A stretch of 64,000 nt of DNA. Origin: Callorhinchus milii (lineage: Eukaryota). Below the pieces are notes generated by a model. That model worked only from the letters and a program-made list of their open reading frames with translations. It was not told the origin of the DNA and did no database searches. How positions within the stretch are numbered: the first letter of the stretch is position 1; the number at the start of each line of letters is the position of its first letter. The stretch covers positions 108,688,001 to 108,752,000 of the forward strand of contig NW_024704743.1 in the NCBI RefSeq assembly GCF_018977255.1, written 5' to 3'. Both the position numbers and the translations under genes were made by a program. Below, one piece after another: positions 36,951 to 49,236 of this stretch.

Positions 36951-39637
36951 TAATCTACAGAAAATCAGTATAAAATTTATTTAAGAATTTGGATACTCCA
37001 AATTTCATTCTTTCTATATAGAGATTTTCAGCTCTTTGTGAACTGCATGTCAGTCACTGACTGAGAATATAGGCAATCGTCCCGCTTCCGAGCTCCAATG
37101 AGGATATTAAAAATAAAAATACGGTCGCTTGATCCACGACTGTTTGTGGGACACTGCTGTGTGCAATTAGACGTTTCGTCCACAAAATATACAGTCAATT
37201 CACTTTACTGTGAAACACTTTGAGATGTCTCAAAGATGTGATAAGATGCTAGATACAAGGATTATTATTATTATTAATTGAAAGTTGCACCACATAGGTC
37301 GATTTTTAAGTAGCAAGCACAGGCACAAGCCCATATATTGCAACTCCAGGTCACAGCCCACAAGACCACTTGGTTGAGGTTTTTACAAATGCAAAACCAC
37401 AACAATTGTATTGGATCAACCCAGCCCTGCTCCAATAATGAGACATTTAATTCCAAGCAATCAATTCTCATACTGCCCCACCAACCAAACTACAGCAGTT
37501 CTGAGCTTGGGATTGTCATGCTGGAGATAAGCACAGAATGGGGTTCTCTTCTTTTCTCCTCAAAATGTCAAAAGGGCACTCAGGACGCAGTAAGAGTGTG
37601 TGTGGATAAGTGGGAGTATGTGTGTATTTTATTTGTTCTACTGGACATTGCAATTGGTTAATGTTTTGAACTTGTGAAGTAGCAATACACGCCTACAAAA
37701 TCAAAGGGTTAATTCTGTGGGGAATGGAAATGAAGCAAAGACTAATCCCAGATTATAAAATTAATCATCAAATTTTAACCTATAACAAGTTACACCATGT
37801 CCTCAATTATCCCTTCAAAGCTGATAAAGAATCATGAAAACTCACCTATTATTCAGTAAATTAAGTGCCTGTTGTAGTTTCCTTTTACTTTACGAACCAG
37901 ACATTACATTCTATAGGTAACATTGTGACAAATATTTAGATAGGCTTTTTGTCATATTCTAATTTAGTGCATCTAATTTTACCCTGCACGTTCTGTCATT
38001 CGGTCAAAACCGGTATTCTTCACAGTATTTCCGCGGGGTAAAAAGGACGCAACTCAGAAATCCAGGGGAAAATTAACTTAATGCTGCAGGTCCATGAATT
38101 CACATCAGAGAGACGTTTCGCTATCATGCAGACGCGATGGTGATCGTTTACTTCAGACATGTTTAGATCAGCATCAATAAGCTTAACACTATTAAACACC
38201 ATGTCAAAGAACGTGTGTACCAAAGGAGAAAATCTAACGCTAATTCAACTTACGATGCTCACTTAGGAAGGAAAATGCGGCTCAATTTTCAACTCTTTTA
38301 TTATATACAGAGATCACTCTGATGCCAACTAAGTGTCAAGAAACACAAAGCGACATGCTCATGTCTCAAAAATATCCCAGAATCTCCCAAACAAACTGCC
38401 ACTTCTCATGTAGGTTATATCCCCCTCCCAAAAGGACTGAATCTTGTGGGTCCAAACCATAAATCCTAGTTTTGTCTTTAAAACACATGCATACATACTA
38501 CACACAATTATTTCTGTGCTTCACACAGGTCGCATTTGACCCCCAAAATACAGTAAGCTACAATTTACATTGTATCCTACAAAGTGCTTTGAGATATTCT
38601 CCCAACATGAAAGGCGTTATATCAAATATAAGGATTATTACTATTATTATTTTTTGTGCGATTAAATAGGTAGCAATTCACACACACAAAAAAAATAAGC
38701 TTGGCGATAAAACATCTCATCTTGCTCCCAAACTAGCAGACCTTTATCCAGATCTGTCTTTTAATATTGTACATTTTATCACCTTGAAGTAACCTGTCTT
38801 CTATCTTGTGTGCATAACCTTCACATCACCCCCCCCACCCTTCCGCCCCGTCCAATAATCTTACCTACCCAGTAGCGTTTTGTGAGTGGCATCCGCTGTT
38901 GAGACCACCCTCGTAGTCTGTAAGAAGTGGCTAACAGAGGCACATTCTCTGGCCTCGCATGAAAATGTCACTCCACAGGACACTGGTGATTCAGCTGCAC
39001 ACTGTTCATTTCCTCCACAGAGCACAGAGCCACCTACTGCAGAGGCCTCAAAGCATGGCTGGTAACAGAGAGCTAACTCTTCCTCCATGGCAATCTCCCA
39101 CCCCTAACATGTACAGTTACTGACATTACTGTTAGTCGCTTGGCAGATTACTTTTCCAGGGATAATAATTCCTTNAAAAAAATGTGGTCACTCAATCTTC
39201 GTCTGTTTGTGGGACACTGCTGCGCACAATTGGTTGCCACGTTTCACCCACAAAATATACAGTCAATTCATTTTATAGCATATTCTGTGAAGCGCTTTGA
39301 GATAGCTTAAAGACATGATAAGGCGCTATATGAAATGCAAGGATTATTATTATCATTTCAATTATATAGAAACTAAAGCCAACACATGCTTCCAGACGCA
39401 TTTTAGTCTTTTCAAACTCTCTTACTGCACCCTTCAAAAGTTGAATCTTTGGACTTCTGATTTTCAATTTTAAGATGGAACAGAACGGTAAACATGCAGA
39501 CAGGATCTCAGGATAAGACTCCATCTGCTTGTTCAGGTGGATGTTAAAAGATCCCATGGTATTATTCGAAAAGAGAGTTTCTCCCAGTGTCCTGGCAAAC
39601 AATTCCCCCAGATAATATTGGTCATTCATTCATTTTA

Positions 39638-39957
39638 TGGAGTCCTGTAGCTCAGTGGTTAGAGCACTCGCTTTGCAAGTGAGAGACCTGAGTTCAATTC
39701 CAGGCAGGGCGAAACCTTGGGCAAGTTTCCTTACTCCACACGCCTAATAATAATCCCTCCAAAACCAAAAACAATAATAAATTGGTCATTTTTAATCTAC
39801 GACTGTTTGTGGGACATTGCTGTGCGCAATTGGCTGCCGCGTTCGCCCACAAATATACAGTCAATTCACTTTACAGTGTGTTCTGTGAAGCGCTTTGGGA
39901 CGTCCTCCTGACGTGAAAAGTGCTATATCAAATGCAAGGATTATTATTATTATTATT
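39638..39957 (+). mobile_element. Young tRNA(Ala)-like SINE nested in an older Deu-like SINE (about 39505-40130)
   Basis: Full head, body and (TTA)n tail; the flanks continue the older SINE (gttcaggtggatgttaaaagatcccatgg ... gggacattactgtgcacaatt). Confidence 0.9.
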
Positions 39958-41639
39958 TATATTTATGGCTGTTGGTGGAATGGGACATTACTGTGCACAA
40001 TTCGGCTGCCGCATTCATCTATAAAACACACAGTAACGAAACTGTACTCAAATTCTGTGAAGTGGTTTGAAATGTCTCAATAATGTGATGTTTATCACAT
40101 TATTGCTGTTATCAAGTACAAGGATTATTAATCTGTAGGTTATTCATGAACGAGGGATTATCACGAGTCAAGTGTCAGCTACTTTTCTCCGTAATAAAGA
40201 GTTCTAATGAAAAAGCAGACCTCAGCACGCTACTGTCAGGCAGAAGAGTTAAGGCTTGTGTCTTATCCACAAATGAGGGGGACAGACGTACTCCGATCAC
40301 CTTCCTCCGTTAGCAGAATAATAACATTACAGTGGTATATTTGTAATTGTCTAGATCTAAGGCGATGCTCAGATCACAGTGCGTAAACTCTCAGTCACAC
40401 AACTGCCAACCTTCTGTTGCACTATGGTGACATTTTCCATTTTTCAGCTATCCTTCCCCAGTGAGATTGTCATTTTAAATGACAAATTAATGGCTGTTTT
40501 TGGCTCTGTGATCTAACGCCCACAAGGAGCTGAGATAATAAAAACTTCCCTAATTCATTTCTGATGAGGGCCTTACCACTAATGGTCAGAGGAGGCTTTC
40601 ATTCTATCAGCCTGAGCTGCATTTGAAAAGTCAGTGTACTGAAACTCTGCTTTACCTGCTCCCCAAGGCAGGCTTTTAAAGGGGTGTGGGAGGGGGGAGG
40701 GGTCTACTTGTTCCAAAACGTGGGGGGAAGAATGGACAAATCAGCCATATAAATCCCCTAAAATCTAACCATATATTTTACTTAGAGTGGGGGAGAGAAT
40801 GCCTCCTCTAAACTCCCAGCCTCAACTTAAGGCTTTTAAATTTAAATTATTAACCAATGCCATCTTGACTCTGTGCACACATTCCAAGTCAAACAGCCTC
40901 CAAGGATTACACCATCCATACTTCACTTCTTTCAAATGGACTTAAAAATTCCAGTTTATCTTCTGGTACCCACTTAGTTCTCCTCAAGCCTGGGAACATT
41001 TTCCCTAGGTTCAGCTGTTGCTTTCCTAAAGAGATGTACCTGTTATTATGTGTAACAATTCTCAATCCATTAATCATAACCACATCAATTTGTCCACCTC
41101 CCAGTCTCCTTTTGTACTTCCTGTCTTTATCTCATTGCCTCTTTCTTAATTGCCTTTCACTTCTTAAAGGAATATCCTACAGTCTGTATTAATAATAATA
41201 ATCCTTGCATTTCATATTGGGCTTTTCACGTCTTCTAGACATCTCAAAGCGCTTCACAGAATATGCTGTAAAGTGAAATGACTGTATATTTGTAGGTGAA
41301 TCAATGTCTCTATCCTTTAATGTAAACTTTAGCTACACAATGATTATTACAAGCCCAAGTGTTCACCCACTTCCAAGTTCCCGATCACTGGTAGACTGTT
41401 AAATACTAAATCTAATACAATATCTGCTCCAGTACCCTGCTTCACATGTTGTTAAGCTGCTTAAACCCACTATTAACTTATCATGTGAAAAAGCAGAAAA
41501 TAGCACTGTTAGGCAGTAAGTGCAGCTAATTACTGTACGGTTACTGCCAAAATAGATTTTAATGGCATAAATAGGACAATCCTGCCCCATATCTTTATCC
41601 GGAGTGATTAACCATGAGCTATTGAATATTAAAAATTTA

Positions 41640-42050
41640 TAATTGTATTTGGTATAGTGCCTTTCAAGTTAAGAGGGAGAATGTCTCAAAGTGCCTTCAC
41701 ACACTTCAAAGTGTAGTGACTGTGTGTTTTGTAGGTGAACACAGCAGTCCATTTTACATGCAGCATTGTCCCACAATCAGCCACGTGAAGTGAATGATCA
41801 ATTTTATTTGAAGGAATGTTGGGCAGGACACTCCCTTCTCTTTTCGAATAGTACCAGGGGATTTTTAAAGTCCATCTGAACAGGCAGAGGGTACTTTAGT
41901 TTAACATCTTATCCGAAGAATGGCACCGCCAACACTGCAACACCCTCCAGTCCCACCCCTATACAATGTGAGTTCAATGTCCCAACTTGGAGTTTGCACC
42001 ATAACCTTCTGACTCAGAGGCAATAACACTACCAGCTTAGCCAGGCTGAC
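41640..42050 (-). mobile_element. Older Deu-like SINE
   Basis: Reverse Deu-like core ccatctgaacaggcaga...gtttaacatcttatccgaagaatggcacc and tRNA-like head remnant. Confidence 0.65.
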
Positions 42051-45019
42051 AGAAGTCACAACAGCAAGAGAAGCAATGCAACCCCAAACTAGACATTTGG
42101 AACCGGAACTGACTGACTAAAGGGGTGCAGGTTAACCAATACTGTAATGACGGAGTCAAGCAAGGACAACATGCACTGTAATTACATTTGCTTCTCAAAA
42201 CAACAACAACTTGCATTTATGTAGTGGACTTCCATGCAGAGCGGCGTCTCAGAGCGCTTAACAATGGTGGAGACCGAGGGGAAAGGTGACTGAGGTGGTA
42301 GGTGCAGTCGAAGGAGGAAAGTCTTCAGGCGCAACCTGAAGATGGGGAAGTAACACATTACTTTCAACAGGACAGCTGGAAAGGCTCACAGTACATTGTG
42401 ATCTTGGACAGAGCTGAGTGTATGGTTAATGGTGACATTGATACTTTTTGGCAATTTATGTGAAAAGGATACAAATGCAAACAGTACCTTTTGACTAATA
42501 CTGCTCCATCTACACTAAAAGTATACAATGTGACCAGACCATCAATTTCTAGTCATTTAAGTAATTCTGTTTATACATCACCAGTTTTCACAACCACCTA
42601 AATGACAGCAGTATTTCACATGAACACTATAGTGCTTGTGAAAGTAGACTAGCCTATCCTACATTAAGGACTTTTTTTTTAAAAAGGAGTCTAGTACAAA
42701 CTGAATTCTGGAATTTCAAGAGATCAGAAAATCATGGTACAATAATTCATTTTATTCATTCACTCTCTTCTCTGGGTCAGAAAGTAGTGTGTGTTCAAGC
42801 TTAGCATCAGACTTTTTTAATAATAATAATCCTTGCATTTGATATAGCGCTTTTCACGTCGGGAGGACGTCCCAAAGCGCTTTTTGCAGACTGTTGCCAA
42901 TTTGTGCCTCATACTCTCCAGAATTAGGTAAACAGGATGCACCTCTTTAGATGACAAGAGTGCACATTTCATTCCAGACACGGGAATTTATAACAATCTT
43001 TACATTTGTTAATGTCGTTCACATCAGAACACCTCAAAACTTTTCACAGGATATAATAATAATAATAATAAACTTTGCATTTGATATAGCGCTTTTCCGT
43101 CCGCTGGACGTCTCAAAGAGCTTCACAGAATATGCTGCAAAGTCAATCGACTGTATATTTGTGGGCAACTTGTGGGGGATATACTCCTCAGGTTAGATGT
43201 CCTCCCGACATGAAAGGCGCTATATAAATGTAATTTGTTGTTCTCTTGTATACTGTGAAGTGCAGTGACTGTCCGTTTTGTGGGCGAACACAGCAGTCAA
43301 TTTTCGTACATGTCGTTTTCCATGAATTTCCATAAGTACGTGACATGCTCTTACGCATGGTGATAGATTTCCACATGTGTTAGACACCCAGCTAACCAAA
43401 ACAATAAAGAAAACTACAGGGATCCAACTCTCTATTGGTATGTGGAAGAACAGCCAATGCATCTGCATGCAACTGGATTGTCCAACTTGCCTATACAGTT
43501 CACACCAAAGCTGTGGAATGGAACATTCCTCCACTTATGGGCAATTTACCAGAAACAAGAGTTCCCAATTCTCTCCACTCTACTGGATGTTAGGTCGAAC
43601 CCAAACATCAAAAGAGCTTCTCCTTATCACCATTTCCCACATTAGCAGTTATTTGATAATGCAGTAAGGAGAAGAGTTCTGGGAAAAATGATAAAGAAAT
43701 GCAAGGAATAGTCCTGGGACGGGATATCTGCAGTGGCTGCTGAAGAGGGGATGGAGGACATCAGTGAGGAGAAACTGGAGTTTAAGGGGATAAGTAGTGC
43801 TCCCAGCAAAGAAAGGGAATTAACAGTGGTAGATGGTTTGATGATTTTCAATACCAGGTTCAAAGAGATAAAGGTGGAAGGGGCAAATAGTTCACAGAGC
43901 AGATGAGAAGATATGTGAGAAACAATCAGAGGTGCTCAAAAATCAGGATTGAGCATCTTGTCTAAAAATTTAAATTAAAAAAGATGTGAAAGCTGTTTTT
44001 TCTGGATTATCATCATCAGTCCGTGGTAGAAAGTTCATGACAAGGTACCATAAGGTGTATCCAGTTGGTTTAAATGCTATTTAAACATGAATGGACTTAT
44101 GGTAACAAAGATCATTTAGCAAGTCAAAGGGCCATAAACCCCTATAAAACAAATGAACAACTTTATTTGGGAGATTATTGGCTAGGACATAGGAGAAACT
44201 CCCTTCTCTTTTCGAATACCAAAGTCCAATTTTCTCGGTTTGTTTATTTAAACTTAACTTTATTTAAAATTACCTGTAATAATAATGATAATAATCCTTG
44301 CATTTGATATAGCGCCTTGTCAAATCTTCGAGACGTTTCAAAGCGCTTCACATAATATACTGTAAAGTGAATTGACTGTATATTTTGTGGCGAAATGTAA
44401 TCAATTAACCACTTCTATTATATTATATTGAAGATTAAATCAGATAAAATTGGTCATTAACTTTAGTGGCTTTTATGGGACATTGGTATATGGCTACCTA
44501 AAAAACCCAAGCCCCTAAACTACATAGTAAACTCCTTAGAAGAAATGTGAAATTTCTTGATTATGTGGTAAGGCACTATATCAAGTCCAAGAGTTATTAT
44601 TATTTCAGAACTTGCTAGTATAAACCCAAGGTAAGTAACTCTTACATCTTACGTCGTTTTTCAATTCTGTTGAAATTGGTGAGAAAAAGATCTGAAGTAC
44701 ATTACCAGAAGTTTTTTTTAGATTGTACATTTGAACATATGTGCTCAAATTCACTATCAGTTGCAATACAATAATAATAATAATAATCCTTGCATTTAAT
44801 TGCGCCTCATCACGTTGTCAAGATGCCTCAAAATGCTTTCATTCTGAAAAATGGACTGACCATGTAATTTGTGGCCAAACAAAGCAGCAATTTGCACACA
44901 GCAATGTTCCACAAACAGCCATGAGGTGAGTGACCAATGTTTTTTTTAAGGGGATTTATTAGCCAGGACACTGGGAGAAACTCCCTTTTCTTTTCAAATA
45001 GTACTATGAGATGTTTAAT

Positions 45020-45390
45020 GTGAAGTCCTGTAGCTTAGTGGTAAGAGCACTCGCCTTGCAAGCAAGAGGACCTGGGTTTGATTCCCTGGCAGGGCGAAAC
45101 ATTGGCATGTTTCTTTACGCCACACACCTGTGTTTACCAAGCAGTAAGTAGGAACCCGGTTGTTAGTCGATTTACGGATCGCTTTTATGGGGGTAATAAA
45201 CCCTTCACAAATTTTTTTTAAAAAAGTGGTCACTTAATTCACGACTGTTTGTGGGACACAGCTGTGCGCAATTGGCTGCCGTGTTTCACCCACAAAACAT
45301 ACAGTCAATTCACTCTACAGTACATTCTGTGAAGCACGTTGAAACGTCTAGAAGACGTGATAAGGCGCGATATAATATGCAAGGATTATT
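45020..45390 (+). mobile_element. tRNA-head SINE, longer subfamily with an extra internal segment
   Basis: Same head and tail as the young SINE plus about 65 nt (tgtgtttaccaagcagtaagtaggaacccggttgttagtcga...); related copy at 59218-59522. Confidence 0.85.
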
Positions 45391-46385
45391 ACAACAACAA
45401 CAAAATTACATTTACAGAGCACCTTTCACGTCGGGAGGACATCCCAAAGCACTGAACAGTCAAGTGTCGGAGCACAAGCATGGAGGAGGGGTGGTGTAGG
45501 AATGAGGGAAGGCAGAGAGGTGGGAGGGAGACCAAAGGCACGGTCGAAGAGAAGGGTCTTGAGACCGGCCTTGAAGGAGGTAAGGGAGGAAGCGAGGCGA
45601 AGGGATCGTGGGATGGAGTTCCAGAGTGTGGGGGCAGAGAGGCTGAAAGGCCGGCCACCGATGGCAGGCAGGAGACATGGAGCAGGCCGGAGCCCGCTGA
45701 GCGGAGGGAGAGGGCAGGTTGGTAGGGAGTCAGTAGGTCAGAGAGGTAGGAGGGGGCAAGGCCATGGATGGCCTTAAAGGTGAGGACGAAGATCTTGAAC
45801 TCGATCCTCTGAGGGATGGGGAGCCAGTGAAGTCAGGCGAGGGTGGGAGTGATGGGGTCACGGAGCCTGGTGCGTGAGAGGACACGAGCTGTAGAGTTTT
45901 GGATGATCTGCAGCTTGTGAAGGGAAAAGTTGGGAAGACCGATGAGGAGGGAGTTCCCGTAATCGAGTCTTAAGGTGATGAATGCGTGGGTGACGGTTTT
46001 GGCAGCCTGAGGGGTGAGGTAGTGGCGGAGTTTGGCAATGTTGCGGAAGGGTGGTAGGCAGTGCTGGTCATGGCGCAGATGTGGGGGAGAAAGGATAGTT
46101 CAGGGTCAAACAAAACACCTAGGTTCCTGACTGGCTTAAGTTGAGCGTGCAGCCGTGGAGGCTGGTGCTGCCAGCGCCTGAGATGCGGAGGTGCTGCGAG
46201 CCATTCAGGAGGACCTTGGACTTGCTGACGTTGTGTTGGAGAAAGTTGGCCCTCGTCCAGGACTTGATGTCAGACAGACAGTCGGTCAGGACGCCAGTAG
46301 TCCTGGAGTTCAGGATGGAGGCAGAGAGGTAGAGTTGGGTGTCATCCACATACATGTGGAAATTTACCCCATATCTGCGGATGGC
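45391..46385 (-). mobile_element. L2 LINE 3' portion
   Basis: NFHMYVDDTQLYLS...DCLSDIKSW in ORF 46119..46439; its (CAA)n tail abuts the SINE tail. Confidence 0.92.
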
Positions 46386-48992
46386 ATGATATTCATTAAG
46401 GTTAACCTGAATTGGTAAACAGGACTTTGGTTTTATCATCTCATCCGAACGTTAGCACGTCAGACAATGTAATACCTGCCTAGCACTGCATTGGAGTGTC
46501 AGCTTTGACTATGTGAGTCCAAATGCCGACGTGGATTTTGAACCCACAATCTTGGACTCAGAGGCGAGAGTGCTACTACTGAGCCAACCTGATACAAAAT
46601 TCTTAAGAAGCTTAAGTATTGCTGCTGCCAGATGTTCACTAACTCAACAAACTCCACAGCAAATCCATCACTCTACCAACCCGACTTTGAATTAACTTTG
46701 ATTCTGTTAACGAAAGACATGAAGTGCTTGGGAGCATTCACTCTAACACTAGCTCAATCCAAGCACCATCAGATTGTCTGATGATACTGGTGCTTTTAGG
46801 AACTAAATACATAATCACTAGTTTTTACAGTGAATCCCAAGAAGCACTTCTCACATTATAGACACGTAGAAGTTCCGTTGGTGGAACTCTCACTCATGTC
46901 TAAGCTGACTCCAATACTGTGCTGGGGGTCCATTCACTGTTAGAGGCGTCATCCTTTGAACAAGAACAAATTCCACCTGAGGCATTCCATCATTTCGCCC
47001 ACAAATATACAGTCAATTCACTTTACAGCATATTCTGTGAAGCGCTTTGAGACGTCTAGACGACGTGAAAAGCGCAATATCAAATGCAAGGATTATTAGT
47101 ATTTTCATTTGTACATACAAGTACCTTAACCAGTATTTGGAATTGCTTTTGCTTATAACAAACCAAGTCAGTTCCGCATTAAATATCATGAGAACTGTAG
47201 TGACTCAGGATTGCTACAGTGAAGAATCCAGCACTAGCATAGGCTTGATAGTCTGAATGGCCTCCATCTGTGATGTAAAATCTATCATTTTGTTCATAGT
47301 GCATAAAAACAATTAACTTAATTCCTTAAAAATCTGTAGTTTCATAAAAAAGTATTTTCATTGACAAAAGTTTTGGTTTATAATGGGACACGGCAGTGTA
47401 TGTTTTACACACAAAACACACACACGCACCACCAGATTAATTTACATTGACTAAATTAATGCATGACTCTTTTGTGTCAACGAGTTGCAATTCAAGTTTG
47501 TTGTCAGTATCCCTTCAAACATTCGTATGATTTGGGGGAAAGTGCTGAGCACCTTCTTCTTGTTTCTAAAACTTCATTCTGTGGAAGGGCTGAGCGTGTT
47601 TGGAGTTCATTAACCCTTTCCCGTCTCTCAGCTAGGGTCCATTAACCGGTTGTTTCCTGCAGTATGAAAATTGTTGTACTTGTCCCTTGTCTTCATCACA
47701 AATGTACTCCAAGGTCTGACTGTTAACATGTCACGTGTAATAGAAGCTTCTTTTTGCTGTCAAAGTGATCAAAGGGAGGTTGGAAACGGGATCTATAAAC
47801 AGATGCTGCCCAATCACAAACCTTAAAGGACAAGACAGTGTGTCCAGATGTTGGAATGACCTTCGGACCAAGGCACATGCTGACATGGCATTGATTTAGA
47901 TAGTTGTTGGCAGGGGATTTTATTCCAGTAGCATGAAAAGCAGAAGGTAGAGAAAAAACCCTGCCTAGCATCCCCTTCAAACAAAATCTAGAAGTACTGT
48001 TTGGCTGGGCTGATGTCTGTCAAAGATGCAGAACTCACCATGAAACCTTGCCACTAGGTATCACATCAAAAAGGGTTACTTGAACGAGCACAAACATCTT
48101 GCGGCTGTGCCACTCTGCATGCCCCTCAACTTTGCAACAGCTTTTTAAAAAGAAACAAGTAACAGGGAGCCTGGCTTTGTATTTTGAGACGCGTCACTGA
48201 CAAGTGCTTGTTTGCACACAGCGATTCGTCACTCTTCAGTGTTGAACAGTTATTTGTTGGAACTGAGCAACTTCAATTAAATGGCACAGAAGATGAAATT
48301 GCCTGACAATGTCTGACAATACAGCTGTAAAGAATTGTGAAGTGCTGAGATAGCACAAAAGACAAGTATCCCAACAACATTTTCTATACATAACTATCAT
48401 AGGATCATAGAAATTTACAGCACAGAAGACGATCAATCGGCCATTCACGTCTGCTAGCTCTTTAAAGAGCAATCCTTTCAGTCCCATTTACTTGCCATTG
48501 CCCCCAATATCCTCGTAACTTATTCCTTTTTACTCAAAAACTCTTGTAGCTTACTCAATACCTCTGTAGTTTACTCCTCCTTATTTTTTTCTCAAGTGCT
48601 ATGGGATACTACCCTGCATGAGACGTGCTATATAAATGTAAGTCGTTGTTCTTTTTAGATATACTAGTACAAAAATATAAGATCCCACCCATTCCTGACA
48701 AGCTTTTTGTTTAACAAATGACAAATAATTCTACCTCACAAACCCGCAAGAATAGTGTGATGATATTTACACAAGTAAACCACACCCAGACTCTATCAAT
48801 GACCAACATGCAGGTAGTACAGTACATGAGCTGCATACTACTGCTGAGCTTTCGCACGTGTAAACTATCCCAACAGTTAGTGAGTGGTATTATCAGCTCT
48901 ATCAACTGACGTATGAAAACTATGCATTGACTTTCATAGCTGGTGCTTTGGAAAATGATGCAGGTAAAGCACAGTATATTGATGCCTTTATG

Positions 48993-49236
48993 TGGGAAGA
49001 AATTCCACATGGGTCTAAAGATTTACTCAATTTATGTAGCATTTTTGAGTGTCTAGAATTTGATAAATTCTCAAATATAGTCTTAGTTTGCTATCTTCAT
49101 TTTTGTAAGTTTCTTACAAGGAATTACAAAAAAGACCTTCAAAGTTAAGACTGAATTCAACCATTTGCTAAATTCTAGACACTCTAAAACACAACAGAAA
49201 TACAGTAAATCTCGACCCGGGTGAAACTGCTTCCCA
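48993..49236. mobile_element. Palindromic MITE-like element
   Basis: Arms of about 75 bp: tgggaagaaattccacatgggtctaaagatttactc...gagtgtctagaattt versus aaattctagacactc...agtaaatctcgacccgggtgaaactgcttccca. Confidence 0.7.

Noticed and set aside
39175..39175. Single N base
   Set aside because: Assembly ambiguity next to a homopolymer in a SINE remnant.
47731..47821. Putative terminal exon FVIGQHLFIDPVSNLPLITLTAKRSFYYT*, superficially like the ARMC1 C-terminus
   Set aside because: Only the RSFY ending resembles ARMC1, no other ARMC1 exons were seen, and the segment is better explained as a TF motif cluster.
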